DNA of 64,000 bases from Squalus acanthias (GCA_030390025.1 CM059432.1:89778001-89842000), one strand, 5' to 3'; shown: positions 24,888 to 38,529, counted from the first letter of the stretch. The notes: generated from the sequence alone by a model not told the origin. Made by a program: numbers and translations.

Positions 24888-27132
24888 GGGGGGAATTTTA
24901 ACGTTTTTAAAAAACGGGTGGGTTTAGGTCAGGTGGGAAGTTAAAGTGTTAAAAGTCTGAATCCCAACCAGAACCCGCCTCCAACCCGCCGACTTCCAGT
25001 TTTAACAGAGACGGGACGGAGGCGGGCAGACAGCCTGCTCCCAGGAGGCAGGGTCTGCCATTTAAATATTATAATGAGGCTGCCATACCTCAGATTTAAC
25101 CTCCATTTTAAATTTAACTTTAGCTGGTTGGGTTTTGCAGGCCTCGTAAAACCCGCCAGCGAAAGTAAGGTGAGGACTGCACTTACCTCCTGGATCCAGC
25201 GCCCCTGCCTAACCCACCCTCGCGATCAAAGACACCCCCACGGGGTCCCCAATCCCCCCCAGGTCTCCGATCCCCCCCATGAGGCCTCCCCATCTCCATG
25301 ATCCTCTCGCCCCCGTGCTACTCCTGGCCCCCCGATCACCCCCCGGCCCCCCGATCACCCCCCAGCCCTCCGATCACCCCCTGGCCCCCCAATCACCCCC
25401 CGGCCCCCCGATTACCCCCCGGCCCCCCGATTACCCCCCGGCCCCCCGATCACCCCCCGGCCCCCCGATCACCCCCCGGCCCCCCGATCACCCCCCAGCC
25501 CTCTGATCACCCCCCGGCCCCCCGATCACCCCCTGGCCCCCCGATCACCCCCTGGCCCCCCGATCACCCCCCAGCCCCCCGATCACCCCCCCAGCCCTCT
25601 GATCACCCCCCCGGCCCCCCTATCACCCGCCGGCCCCCCCAATCACCCCCCGGCCCCCCGATCACCCCCCAGCCCTCTGATCATCCCCCGGCCCCCTGAT
25701 CACCCCACGGCCCCCCGATACGCCCCCAGCCCCCCGATCACCCCCCAGTCCCCCGATCACCCCCCAGCCCCCCGATCACCCCACGGCCCCTCGATCACCC
25801 CCCAGCCCTCCGATCACCCCCCGACCCCCCAATCACCCCCCGGCCCCCCTATCACCCCCCAGACCTTCGATCACCCCCCCCCGACCCCCCAATCACCCCC
25901 CAGCCCCCTGATCACCCCACGGCCCCTCGATCACCCCCCCGGCCCCCCGATCACCCTCGGCCCCCCGATCACTCCCCGGCCCCCCAATCACCCCCCAGTC
26001 CCCCGATCACCCCCCAGTCCCCCGATCACCCCACGACCCCTCGATCACCCCACGGCCCCCCGATCACGCCCCGGCCCCCCGATCACCCCTCGGCCCCCCG
26101 ATCACTCCCCGGCCCCCCGATCACCACCTGATCCTCTGATGATCACCCCCCGGCCCTCTGATCACCCCCCCGGCCCCCTGATCACCCCACGGCCCCCCGA
26201 TCAGCCCCCAGCCCTCTGATCACCCCCCGGCCCCCCGATCACCCCCCGGCGCCCCCGATCACCCCACGACCCCTCGATCACCCCCCCCAGCCCCCCAATC
26301 ACCCCACGACCCATCGATCAACCCCCGGCCCTCTGATGATCACCCCCCGGCCCCCCAATCACCCCCCGGCCCCCCCCGATCACCCCACGACCCCTCGATC
26401 ACCCCCCCCCCCGGCCCCCCAATCACCCCACGACCCCTCGATCAACCCCCGGCCCTCTGATGATCACCCCACGGCCCCCCGATCACCCCCCGGCCCCCCC
26501 GATCACCCCACGACCCCTCGATCACCCCCCCCCCCGGCCCCCCATCACTCCACGACCCCTCAATCACCCCCCGGCCCTCTGATGATCACCCCCAGGCCTT
26601 CCATGCGATCCTCCGGCACTCTAATGGGCACCCGCCCCGCTCCTCTAGCCCCTGATCAGCTGCTCCCTGCCCTTTGATGATTAACACCCCCCCCCCACCC
26701 CATCCCCCACACTCCTCTGGCCCTCCAATCATTGCCGAACCCCATTCCTCCAGCCCTCCGATCGCTGCTGACCCCACCCTGCTGGACCTCTGGCCCCCGA
26801 TTGTCTTGCTCCAGCCCCAATTGTTCCAGACACCCCCCACCCCCCAGCTCCTCCGGCCCTCTCCGTGCTCCTCTGGACATCCCCCGGTCCACACGTGATC
26901 TCTTCCTCCTTCCTCTGTGTGGCCTAGTGCCACAGGCCTACCCGCCTGCAGCGAGCCAGCCTCTCAATCTGGCTGGCTCTGGGTGGGAAACAGAGGTTTC
27001 CCATGCAGATCAGGCCCTGTCGTTAAATTTGGCAGGTCCCGCGACAAACCCGTTCTCCCGGGATTTCCGATCACTTCGGAGCCGCCCCCGCTCCCCATGC
27101 TCCCAATCCGCCGCCTCATTAAAATTCAGGCC
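24888..27132. mobile_element. Harbinger-type MITE inflated by an internal minisatellite
   Basis: TIRs GGGGGGAATTTTAA / TTAAAATTCAGGCC with perfect TAA TSD (24885-24887 and 27133-27135). Confidence 0.85.
25245..26600 (+). repeat. C-rich ~19-20 bp minisatellite, consensus CCCCCCGATCACCCCCCGG
   Basis: Dozens of tandem units with variable C-run lengths. Explains the Pro-rich ORFs in the track. Confidence 0.97.
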
Positions 27133-27162
27133 TAAGCGTGCAGATCCCCTCTCAAACAGGTT

Positions 27163-28015
27163 GGGGGGGAATTTTAACCCCCAAGAATGGGTGGGTTGGT
27201 GTCAGGTGGGAAGTATAAATTTAAAAAATCTCAAACCCGACCCCAACCCACTTCCAACCCATCTACTTCCGGTTTTACCGGAGGCGGGAAGGGTGGGCGG
27301 GCGACCAACCCGCTCTCAGGAGGTGCGTCGGTCACTGAAATCTTTTAAGAAGGCTGCATGCCTCCATTTTAGCAGGATATTTATTTTTAACTCATGGAGA
27401 CTGGGTTTCCCGGGGCTCGGGAATCCTGGCAGGTAAAAGGAGGCGAAAAGGGCCGGATCCATGAGGTAAGTGCATTTACAGCACTGCTTACGGGCCAGGA
27501 AGAGCAGGAGTGTTTTCTCCATGCCAAAGAAGCTAACCTCTTTACAGACCCCATGATCGGACCCCGCGATCTCCGACTTCCCCACCCCACCCCCCACTAT
27601 CTCAGCGTGCTCACCCCCCAATCTCCGACTCCCCCCACCCCCTATCTCTGACTCCCCCTACCCCCAATCTCTGACTCTCTTCACCATCCCCCCACCCCCC
27701 GATCTCTGACTGGTCCCACTAACCCCCATCTCTGACTCCCCATCTCCCCTCTCAATCTCCGAGTGCTCACTGCCCCCACCCGCTCCCGATCTCCGACTCA
27801 CCCCTCAACCCCCCTCCCCCATCTCCTACTTACCTGGCATCCGCTCCTCGGCTGCTTTCCCAGCCAATCAGGTTGGCCGCCGGGCGGGAAACCTGTTGAG
27901 AAATTTAAAAGACGTCCTGCAGTTAATTGCAGTAGGACGTCCGGGAAACCCATACTTCCAGAAATCCTCCTCCCCGCCGCCGCTCCCTTCACGGCCCTCA
28001 GTAAATATCGGGGCC
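27163..28015. mobile_element. Harbinger-type MITE, same superfamily as 24888-27132
   Basis: Starts GGGGGGGAATTTTAA and its first ~250 bp parallel the previous element. Short internal CCCCCAATCTCTGACT repeats; ends TAAATATCGGGGCC. TSD unclear. Confidence 0.75.
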
Positions 28016-31000
28016 AGTGTTTCAATGGAGGGTTCCGAGCCCAAGTACCAATCTGTCCCTTCTCCCCTGAAATGCTGACACCCCCATGCTGCATATTACA
28101 CCCCTTCAAGCCTGCACTCACATTCAACATGCCTGCTGCAGATGTGGTGAAAAAATATCAGAAAAACAGAATTCTAATTTTTAAAAGTACAGTACGAAAT
28201 AACAAATATCTTAGAATGAGTTTTTAGCTGTAATTCAATCTTGTGCTACTGTTGAAGTTCACAGAAAGATCTGTTGCTCTGATCTCACAGTTTGTGATAT
28301 TTTCAGAATCCCTCAATTGAATTACAGCCTTGTAACTCACTGTCAGCAATCTATTATACCACATAAATTATAAATCTTACAATAAAGTGGTCAGTAAGAG
28401 GCCAATATCCAACAAAGGATGAATGTTTTTGTTTTAAACTTGAGTTGTACTTCATGGAGTCCAAACCCATATGAGCTGCCTCTACTGGATTCAATACAAC
28501 TATAAATGTTATCTTCTGATCACTCCTATGTCCAATGGTATAACAACTATAGGATAGGATCTGGATGTAGGTATAGAACAAAAATTATTTGAATGACATT
28601 TACAGTTTCAAAATGAGGATACATAACCATGACTGAGTAACCTTCTCCATAAGAATAGCAAACGTCATAGACAATTTTAGATTTTTTTTTAAAAAGAGGA
28701 TGCAAGGCTTATTGTAAAAGTCACAGCATGCTTTACCCTTTTTATGCTCCCAGAGTTGTACAGCCTATGTATTAATGATAGCCATTAAAACACAAGATTT
28801 GAATGAGGCCAGCAATGGACAAAAAGCCATCGTTTAAGCTTTTAATCTAGTATTAGCATTTCAGGCTGCTGTTTTCAAAAGGATGTCAGATCTGTTAACG
28901 ATAATTATTAAAGTCTTAAATTTCTAACAAGGGAAGTAAAATTCTACTTGCTTTTTGCTACATATTTTTCTTATGCATATAATTTTATTCTGAGACTCAC
29001 ACAACCTCAGGTGATTTTTGGACCGATGTCAATTACTATTAGCATATCAATGATCCTGCAAAGCCACTGAAAAAAGCCTTAGATGCCGTACATTCTCTTT
29101 GGAAAAAGAAGCACTGCTGTCATCCTTTATCATCAGACACCGATTATCTTGTGCTGAGATTAGGCTGAACATTGTTTAGAGAAATTATAACAGCTTATAA
29201 AAGAGCTGGGCCTTGATTAGATATGTATGGGTCTGCCTACTTGTTTGTTCTAGCTCCTGCTTATCATCACTTTGTCTAGTTTATTTAACCTGTTCTCTAA
29301 TTATACTTCATACTCTTTTCAGAGTTAAAACATATTCCGCATCATAAGTATGTTAATAATCAGGTTTACTGAAGACACACGTGATCAGTTCTTAATTCAC
29401 ACTGTTTATCGTTAAAGTAGCTCTGTTATCTTTATTTTTTTGGTATTTATTGATTTCTGTTGCTGCTGCTTTTTGTAGCTTATTATTGTGCTAGGGCGTC
29501 GAAAGGGTTTCCACTTCACCGTGCGCTGAATATGATTTGCAATGACATAGCCTGAACCTTTAAATGTCTTTATGAAAATACTCATGGTCATGAATTTGAT
29601 AAAGGAGCGAACAAAGAACATTCCTCAGAGAGAGCATTGTTTAATATTATATTTTTAAAGGGCAAATGAAAGGATTATAGACTAGTGCAGCAATAGTTTT
29701 TTTAACCAGGAACTGTTACATTATAAAGTTGCTGTAAGATGGATAGAGAGGAACCAGAGAAACATATGGAAAAGCAATGAGTATAAAAAGAAAATATATT
29801 CCTTTCTCACCTTATTTTAGTTAATCCTTTGCCATAGGTCATTATTATTTCCATTTTGATGACACTTTGCTATAGCAGTGTGAGATGTCATGATTGTGGA
29901 TTTCGTCAAAGTGAAGGTAAACAGTGGAAATTAGAATGTAGAATAACAGATTCTAGGCACCATTCCACCATAAAAATGGCAGTCAGCAGAGTGTAATGAA
30001 AATATGTTGAGTGCAGAAAACTCTTGAATGGGCCTGTGAAGGGCTGCAGGCCCAATTATTTTTTAGCATTAACTGAACCACATCTTCCTATGCTCAGCTG
30101 CACTGAGTGACACTATTTGTGATGCCCACTCTGCTGAAACAGAGCAGGTTGCTGTCAGTTTAAAAATGACTATAATAAAAGTGACCATGAAGATGGATCT
30201 TGTGATTTTGCGTTTCTAATCAGTCATCTGTGAAGAACACTTTTGCTTTGATTCAGCAGACTGGTGACAGCCATGATTGATAGTGCATGAGGGAAAAAAA
30301 AAGGTTATTAACTGTCTTCCTATTAAACTCAATATATTACCCCTCTAGGTGTAGCTCATAGTTCTTAGGGTGCACATTGGCTCAGGTGAGGTCATAGAGG
30401 AACTCTATAAAAATTGTAGGTTGAGGGTTGGCAGCTTTACTACAGTAGAAAGAAGACAATTTCACATTATTGTGATGCCAGTGTCACTAATATCTGTGTG
30501 AAAAAAGCATCTGTTACTGATTGGAAATCTGTCAGTATGTCAAGCAGAACACAAAAAAATGTAGTGAACATTTTTCTGAAATGTTTAAACAATGATTACA
30601 TGCAAACACCTGATTAAACATAGTGAACACAAGCACAGATTGTGAATCAACAGAAATACGCAGAAACTTTTAATCACTAAGTTTTATTTTTGGTTAAAAG
30701 CAATTGTCATAAAAAGGAATGCTACAACTCGAAGGTAATTGAAATCTTTGTGATATCAGATGAGTGTATCCCCATTGCGTACCTCATCATTGGTATAGCC
30801 AACTGCTCATATAAAAAAGGCAGCAGTTCTTGCCATGTGAAAATGCAGTTTGCTATAATACAATGACAATCGTTACAGTTGCTTACACGGATAAAGTATA
30901 AAAAATGCAGTTTAGTTCTTTAAACAGGTACTACAATGAAGAGACATTTATGAAGAAGTAGAAAACATCAGCTCTTGAAAAAAATTGCTTAGAACCAGCC

Positions 31001-31712
31001 ATTTACAGAAAACACTCAGGCTACAGCAACCAACGATTGTGGTCCCTTGGTGCTCTTGCCATTATAAAGTACATGTAAATACACAATACAAAGAATACAC
31101 AGAGAGAAAAGAAACTGTAAAATACAAAGTGAAAGAACCTAACATGATTTCTAGAGCCTAATGATAAAACTGGGGTGGGAAAGATTTATTACACTGATTT
31201 ATCATGCAACAGCTGTCAAAAAATCTAACAATAAGAAGCTTCTACAACGTGCTTGTAACAACCCAGAGAAGTTGCTCAAGAAAAATGACAGAAAAGAATT
31301 ATAAAGACTAGGGTACCTGTATGTAAAATTCATGATTGAAGCATGACATTGATTCATTGAATGCTTAGACATTTAAGTGTAACATGCAATTGTTCATTCT
31401 GTATCCCAGATTAAATTTTCTACTTGCTAACATAATATGGATTTGACAAAATAAACATGACAGTTATTAGGCTTTGTCACCATAAGAAGTAGAGCAAAAA
31501 CTAAAACAAATCCTTTGCTAAAGCAAAGCTGTTTGGATTTAGGATCTTGATTTATGAAAATGCTACATTTTGTACACTGGTCAGGATAGTACTGTGCCAT
31601 TGATAATTTAAAGATTTTATTGCTACAATTTTGCCTTGTATTGAAATATAATTAACCTTAAAATTTAAAGTAATATATTTACCATTGCAATTTGTGAATT
31701 TCAATATACTAT

Positions 31713-32347
31713 GGCCCGGATTTTGCAGTGAGTACGCTGTCATACCGCCTTTGAAATCCACCGCAAGTTCGGGATTTCCGCATGCGCATGCACTAAGTCC
31801 CGAACTTGCGTTCTGTCAACATACGCCATCCGCGCAGGGCCTGTTTCCACAGCGTTAGGGGATACTCGAAATGAAAAAAATGCTTTTTGTTTATTTAAGT
31901 GACATCCAGGAACAATAAAAGCAAATGAGAAACAATTCTAGTGTATGTTAAAGCTGCAGGTTTTTTTTTAAATAACGTTTATATTTCATAACTTTCTGCA
32001 CAGTGCACGGTATTTGTTTAGAAGTGGGAATTATGAGTAATGAATTGGATTCCCACGATAAAAGCTAAATCTGTAATGTATTTTAAAGGCTGTAGTAATA
32101 AAGTTTTGTAGTAATTTAAATGAATGAAAGGCAATCTGTTTTCTGATTGGAGAGCAGGCCCACATGATCCCAGATGCGCTTCCGCACAGGCTGCATCCCC
32201 GGGATCCGTGGGCCATTACGCTGCCCTCCTACTTGCAGCGTCAGAGCGCAGGTTTATGAAGAAGGGCCGCCATCAGGTAGGTGCGTATTCTTTTTGCAGG
32301 TCAGCGGCGTACTCCAGAGGTACGCCGCCAACCGCAATTTTTGGCCC
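31713..32347. mobile_element. Harbinger-type MITE
   Basis: CpG-rich ends GGCCCGGATTTTGC / GCAATTTTTGGCCC in AT-rich flanks, with an internal 13-bp-arm hairpin at 31762-31810. Confidence 0.65.
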
Positions 32348-33339
32348 ATTGGAAATAAGTTTCCCTGAATCATCGATTAACAGACACTTACTAACGAGCA
32401 ACTATTTCTTAAGAGAAAAACAAATTAACAGTTTTGCCATTCATCAGCATCTCTTATGCTGTGTAATATTGCAGCATTAAGTGCTCATTTTATCCTTCAT
32501 AAATAATTCTGTTTAGAAATATGGCTTTTGAAAGCACAGCACTGCACATAATTTTAAACATCAACATTCTTTGTTGGCAGTTTAGTGGCTAAAAGTCTGC
32601 TTATGCTGCATGCAGTACTTTCACATCAGATCCTTGAGAAAAGCAGCCAAGATGAGACAAGCACAGGGATTTATTTTCTCTCCATTTTATATGTAAAGGG
32701 TATGAAATTGCCCTTGCTTCTTAAAAGTGAAAAAAATATGCACTTAGGATGTGACTAGATGTTCTAAACTCCTGAAAACTGAAGGTGCATAGGGACTGTT
32801 GAAAAGTGACAAGAAGCAAAGCTGAAGATGATCAAGGTGATGAAAATACTGTATATGTAAAGTAGCTCCATCACACTTTCACTACATAGAAAGTACTGTC
32901 ACAGGGAAAATATAATTGCCATAAGCAACATTTGTGCTACCTGTTTTGTAGAGCAATCATTGTGCTGTCACCCAGCAGATCTAATTAGTCTACCATATGA
33001 TTTGGAAGTTTTAGCTGAAAAGAAACAAATGAAAGAAAATGCATTAATTTCTGCTATAACCTTTGGTTTCTTAGAACACCAAAAGGAAAGATGTATTATA
33101 TCATTTACACGTATTCATGGAAGAAGCGTTGTTAAAATAAGTATTATTTGTTGCTGGGATATTTTACAAGTAGTGTTGCAATACCATATAATGCATGGCT
33201 CCAAAAATTTACAGGGAAGATATTTTTTGATGCTGTTGTAGATAGTGTTGGCCAATTGTAATCATGACCTGCCACACATTTAATAGCAAAATAAGTTAAA
33301 AACAACAAAATCTCTTTCAGATTTAGGAAAAAACAGACT

Positions 33340-33700
33340 AATTTAATTTTGTTTAAACACCAGAAACCGACCGGGCAGGGAGCAGTTAAAAAGGAGTGTG
33401 GCACTTACCCACTCTTTTCCCGCCCTGATCTGGCCAACTGCAATTTTAAATTGCAGAAAGCAAGGACACCCACCCTCAGCCAGCCAGGTCCTCTTTAAAT
33501 ATGCAGATTAGGTTGTGCCTTCCCTGCCAGGTCAACCCTGCCAGGAACAGCAGCCAGGGCCAGAAGAGGCCCAGCAAGGTAAGCTTTTTTTTAAAAATTG
33601 TTTCCTTTTGAGCGAGGAGAAGCAGGACTGTTTCCCTCAAGGAAAACTGGCCTCCTTTGTTCCGGACTTCCCCTGATGTTTCAGAATTTTGGCTTAATTG
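33340..33700. mobile_element. Decayed MITE fragment
   Basis: Contains TTTAAATATGCAGAT, AAGGTAAG and GGAGAAGCAGGA blocks shared with the MITEs at 27163, 40690 and 42131. Confidence 0.5.
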
Positions 33701-33720
33701 TCTCTGGCTGGGAGGAGATG

Positions 33721-34065
33721 AAGGAAGGAAGGAAGGAAAGAAAGAAAAAGAAAGAGAGAAAGAAAGAAAGAAAGAACTGTTTTACTGCTGTTGATTGAGG
33801 GATAAATATTAGTCAGGACATAGGGGATAACTCCCCTGCTCTTCTTCGAAATAGTGCCATGGGATCTTTTACGTCTACCTGAGAGAGCAAACAGGGCCTT
33901 GGTTTAATGTCTCATCCAAAAGACCACACCTTTGACAGTGCAACTCTCCCTCAGTATTGCACTGAAGTGTCAGCCTAGATTTTTGTGCTCAAGTCTCTAG
34001 AGTGGGACTTGAACCCACAAACATCTGACTCGAGAGTGCTACCAACTGAGCCACAGCTGACACTG
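33721..34065 (-). mobile_element. DeuSINE (SacSINE1-like), internally deleted, with (CTTT)n tail
   Basis: Reverse complement of the head and Deu region of the copy at 56851-57320. The (GAAA/GGAA)n run at 33721-33776 is the tail. Confidence 0.88.
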
Positions 34066-34730
34066 TAAGAAAGAAATTCCACATAAAGTTTTCTACTTTT
34101 AGAAACTTCTGGTTATTCATCTTGTGATTACATTGGAAAGAATCCACAACAATACAAACTGTACACAACCTGTTAGACAAGTAGTCTTAATGAACACAAA
34201 GGGCTGGATTTTCATAGGGCCGTTGAGGCGGGATTGGAGGCGTGTGGGGGGTTAAAATTGCAGAAACTGGCGGGTGGGCCCGATCCCGCCTCCATCCCGC
34301 CTCCACGCAATTTTGATGAAATCGTGTCTGCTGGTCCCGTCTCCGTCCCGCCTCCAAGAGGCGGGAGAGGCCATTAATGCCCTTAACAAGCCCTAAATTG
34401 GCTCTGTAATGCAATTTTGATAGTTTTTAGCTAGTTTAACCCTTTTCCCACGTGAAGCACGCCTGATCTGAAACACACCAGTGAAACCTGGCGGGAGCAC
34501 AAGTGGATTGCTGACTCTCAGCTGCAGCTCAACCATTAAATAGGAGATTTGATCAGCCATCATTTGCAGGTGGCAGGACTTTGTTGTCACAGGTCTGGGG
34601 GAACTTTTAGAAGGCATAACCACAGCTCTGGAAGTTTGGAGCCTGACACCCATCTCCAGAGTGACCTCCTGGGAAACCCCTCTCGCCACCCTCATTGAGC
34701 GCTTCCTCAACTGAGGCATATACCAGAGGC

Positions 34731-35987
34731 ATGGGAGCCATTTATTTCCTTCCCTCCTGGGCATCAGATGAGGACGAACACCAGCCGCGGCACCAGCAGA
34801 ACCATGAACAACAGCAGCACCAACAGCAGCAGCAACAGCAGGAGCGCCAAGCTGCTGCTCACCCACCTGAAGCTGCACAGGCCAAAAGGTGCCAGCGCAT
34901 GGAAGGCCGTCAGCGCAGGAGATACCCCCCAAACAGGGTCTACAGACACAGGGTCAGCTACCTCAACATGTCTGAGCAGCAGTGCCAAAGGCGGCTCCGA
35001 CTTTCGCGAGAGGTAGTGGGTGACATCTGTGCAATGCTGCAACAAGACCTGGAGCCCAGAGGACCAGGTGGACACCCCTTACCAGTGGCCCTCAAAGTCA
35101 CCACCGCACTCAACTTTTTTGCCTCAGGCTCATTCCAGGGATCAGCAGCAGACATCAGTGGCATCTCCCAGGCGGCCGCACACACCTGCATCACGCAGGT
35201 AACCGATGCCCTCTTTACCATCGCGCACAATCACATCCATTTCACCAAGGATCGAGCAAGTGTCACGGCGCGTGCGGTTGGATTAGCTAATTTGGCAGGC
35301 TTTCCAAGGGTGCAGGGCGGCGTTGACTGCACACATGTGGCCCTTAAGGCACCCCATCGCAATCCAGGTATTTTTGTCAACCGCAAGGGCTTCCACTCCC
35401 TCAACGTTCAGCTGGTGTGTGACCACAAGAAGGAAGTTCTGCATGTTTGTGCCAAGTACCCTGGCAGTTGCCATGACTCCTTCATACTGCGCCAGTCTAG
35501 TGTGCCTCCGCTATTCAGTCCGCCAGACCAACTTCACAGATGGCTACTTGGAGACAAGGGCTATCCCCTGAAGACGTGGCTAATGACGCCGTTGAGGAGC
35601 CCATCCAACGCAGCTGAGGAGAGCTACAACTCCAGCCACATTTTCACCAGAGCCATAATCGAGCAAACCATCGGTATGCTGAAGATGCGCTTCAGATGCC
35701 TGGATAGATCAGGTGGAGCCCTGCAATACTCAGCAGCCAGGGTCTCCAGAATCGTCGTGGTTTGCTGTACACTTCACAACATGGCACAGTGTCGTGGCTT
35801 GCAGATGCCGGAGGACCAAGTGGCTCCTCACATAGCCTCCTCAGATGAGGAGGAGGAGGAGGTGGAGGAGGAGGAGGAGAGAGAGAACGAACAACTTGCA
35901 GAGGCCCATCAACCAGCGGCAGCATTACGCGAGACCATAGCTGCCCAGAATGCAAGCAACGCACTCACCTTGGCCAGATTTGCTTAG
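34731..35987 (+). CDS. Harbinger (HARBI1-family) DDE transposase, 418 aa from first ATG, uninterrupted
   Basis: Motifs [18 protein letters not shown] (D), [33 protein letters not shown] (D), RAIIEQTIG (E), FRCLD and CCTLHN. N-terminal poly-Q and C-terminal poly-E. Confidence 0.93.
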   Translation: MGAIYFLPSWASDEDEHQPRHQQNHEQQQHQQQQQQQERQAAAHPPEAAQAKRCQRMEGRQRRRYPPNRVYRHRVSYLNMSEQQCQRRLRLSREVVGDICAMLQQDLEPRGPGGHPLPVALKVTTALNFFASGSFQGSAADISGISQAAAHTCITQVTDALFTIAHNHIHFTKDRASVTARAVGLANLAGFPRVQGGVDCTHVALKAPHRNPGIFVNRKGFHSLNVQLVCDHKKEVLHVCAKYPGSCHDSFILRQSSVPPLFSPPDQLHRWLLGDKGYPLKTWLMTPLRSPSNAAEESYNSSHIFTRAIIEQTIGMLKMRFRCLDRSGGALQYSAARVSRIVVVCCTLHNMAQCRGLQMPEDQVAPHIASSDEEEEEVEEEEERENEQLAEAHQPAAALRETIAAQNASNALTLARFA

Positions 35988-36243
35988 CCTAGACAATCAA
36001 GCACTTTTGCCTCGCAGCTTCTTACCAGAGCTACGACAATGGCCAAGAACCAACGGATCCCTAACAATTTGACCACCATACTGACAATTGCAAGTTATCC
36101 TAAGGCCTCATTGTGGAAGTCCCATTAGCGAAATGACAGACGCCACAACTGCAGCTGTAGCCATCAGAGTTTTTATTTACACTTAACACCTGATGGCTTT
36201 TTTACATTAACATCAAATTTCACCCAAGTGACTACCCTTGTGA

Positions 36244-38167
36244 CTATTTGTGCAGTATCTTTCTCTTACGCGTGCTCCTACGTGGTGCTTCCCCTGTGGC
36301 TTCAGCAGAGGTGGAGGCCCCCTGCTCAGTTTGTTGCTGCTCCTGTCTCGATACCTTTGGTGGGCGTCCTCTGGGGTTGCGAACCTGCGAGGGCTCGGCA
36401 ACAGTCTGCTGCTCCTACGGCTGGGCAGGGGTTGAGACGCCGATCTCAGTTGGGTGCGGACTCTGGTGGGGCTCTGACCGAGGACTTGTCAGTGGCATGG
36501 AAGTGTGAGCGCTTGGAGAGGAGCCCCCACCTCCTTGTTGTCTGCCACCAACATCCCTCTCATGGGCCAGGTCCACCTCAGCGCTTGGAAGTGGATTGAG
36601 AGCACCTTGCTGCACATCAGGGGGGCCATGGGGACCCGTATCTGCACTGGAAGTCCTACTCAGAAGGACTCCATGAAGGTCTGGTTTCTCTGTTCAATAG
36701 ATGTCCATCGCTCCTCCAGAGATGTCATTCTATTCAGAACACTCACCATGTTTTCTGCACTCTGGCGACTTATCACCTCCATGGAGGTTGCCATCCTTTC
36801 CATGGTGATGCGTTCATGCGCCAATGACTCCACAAAGGCTCTGCTCATGTTCGCTATGGACTCCTCCATTCGCTCCACACTCGCAGCGACCCTGGAGACA
36901 AAACCTGTCAGAGACTCCTGCATCTGTTCCTGGAGTTCCAGCAGCGCTGATCTTATGGATGGCCCCAAAGGCAGAGGGTCGACATGCAGCTGAGCCGAGC
37001 TAGGAGAGTCCTGCGCCCTCCGACTAGGACTCTCCACTGCTGTCCCTGTCTCCACCATCTGCTGATGCTCACTTGTGAGCTTTGATACACCAGGTGACAA
37101 CACTACTCTATGTCCCGAGGGTCCCACCGAGGTGTGAGTCTCTGCGCTGGTGCTGGGTGCGCTGAATTCTGCTGACGCTGCGCCCTCAGAGGTTGCAGCT
37201 TCCTCTGAGGAATCTGGATGCTCAGGCTCTTCCTCCTGGCTAGTGGGGATGGGTGCTTGCGATAGTCCTGTGGGGGAGTAAAGGAAAGAGTCAGAGATGT
37301 GATGCCAAGGTTGCATGCACATTACATATTGCAGATGATCATAAATCCATCTGTCAGAGCTTCAGATTCATTATCAGCGACTCATGCAATTTCAATGAGA
37401 GAGATGGAAAACTATTCTGTCACCAGCTTGCTGTGATGCACCCGTCTGTCCGTCCCCCACTTGCCTATCCTCCTCTACTCCCACGATCTCCAGGACCGCA
37501 TCCTCCCAATGGGTGAGCTGGGCTAATGAAGGTGGCCCTCCTCCTGTCCTGGCTCTTTCCCTTTTATTGTGAGCTATCTTTTCCTGCAATGAGGGAGACA
37601 AGTGGAGTTTGAGTGAGATTTAAAGGAGTGAGTGTAGAGAGTCCATAGCATAGATGTTTAGAAGGAGACAAAGATGGAGTGAGGTGGCGAGACCAAGGGC
37701 CCTCCCTGTGTGTTGTAAGTTGTTTTCATAGCATGACAGTGATAGGGAGTGTGAGGGCTGCATAGTCGAATAGTAAGGTGAATGTAACCATAGAGGGAGA
37801 GGGAATGGGTAAGGGTGCACGGATGTCAGTGTCAATTGGGATATGGAGGAAGAGGTTGCTAAAGCTGTGTGCTGGTGAGGAGAGGCAATGGGGATCAGAT
37901 TGAGGGTGAAGGGAAAGTCATACTCACTTTTGCAGTGCGTAGAAGGTCATGAAACCTATTCCTGCACTAGAACCAGGTTCTGCAGGTGATGGATAAGGAG
38001 TTGACCTCCTGGGCGACCTGGACCCACACAGCCTTGGTCTGCTGGGGAGGCTTATTCCTCCCTGAGGAGGGAAAGAGCACCTCTCTGTTGGCTCTTGCTC
38101 CCTCCACCAAAGCTTGCAGGGCAACGTCATCGAACCTGGGAGCAGACCTGGGTCATTGGCTGGCCAT
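36244..38167 (-). pseudogene. Harbinger A Myb/SANT-like gene (exons 38167-37928, 37583-37424, 37267-36244)
   Basis: Canonical GT-AG junctions (phase 0, then 1). Sequence APRFDDVALQALVE...VWVQVAQEVN...CRNRFHDLLR; C-terminus RGRPPK...RRSTRKRK. Premature stops at 38153-38155, 37967-37969 and 36415-36417, plus a frameshift near 36660. Confidence 0.9.
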
Positions 38168-38529
38168 TCCTCCTGCAGTTGCCTCTAGGATACAGGTCCA
38201 AAAGCTTGGCAGCCTGCAGAAGAAGCAAGGCTTGTTGCAGACCTTAAATGCAGCAGCAATGATGACATCATCGGAGGTGACTTTCAGACTGGAATAACTC
38301 ATTGGCCATGGGTTCCCACACGTTGGAACTCAATTGGCCAATTAAGTTAAAATCACACCATTCATCCACATCGATCTAGATTCGGGTGGGCAACACGAAA
38401 AGCGGGTAACATGACCCCAACCCGCCCCAGTATCAAAATCCAGCCCAATGGGTGGGAAGTGGTCTGTTTCTCTGCTGTTGACTTGATGTGACTCGATGTA
38501 ACTGAATGGCCCATCTGATCACACACTGA

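Larger units (their letters stand above)
34201..38446 (+). mobile_element. Full-length PIF/Harbinger transposon A (4246 bp)
   Basis: TIRs GGGCTGGATTTTCATA / TATCAAAATCCAGCCC (15/16 match), flanks AAA/AAT, subterminal CCCGCCTCC repeats, and convergent transposase and Myb genes. Confidence 0.95.

Noticed and set aside
25245..26600. CRISPR-like repeat array
   Set aside because: Units are directly tandem with no unique spacers; the context is eukaryotic and there are no cas genes.
25279..26933. Pro-rich and Gly-rich ORFs (extensin/collagen-like)
   Set aside because: They are translations of the C-rich minisatellite inside a MITE.
5700..33400. Short 60-110 aa ORFs in AT-rich sequence
   Set aside because: Many start at TTG/GTG, show no domain motifs, and have lengths expected by chance.
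34731..35987. Calling the transposases the host gene HARBI1
   Set aside because: Both lie between TIRs with a convergent Myb gene, so they are transposon copies rather than the domesticated orthologue.
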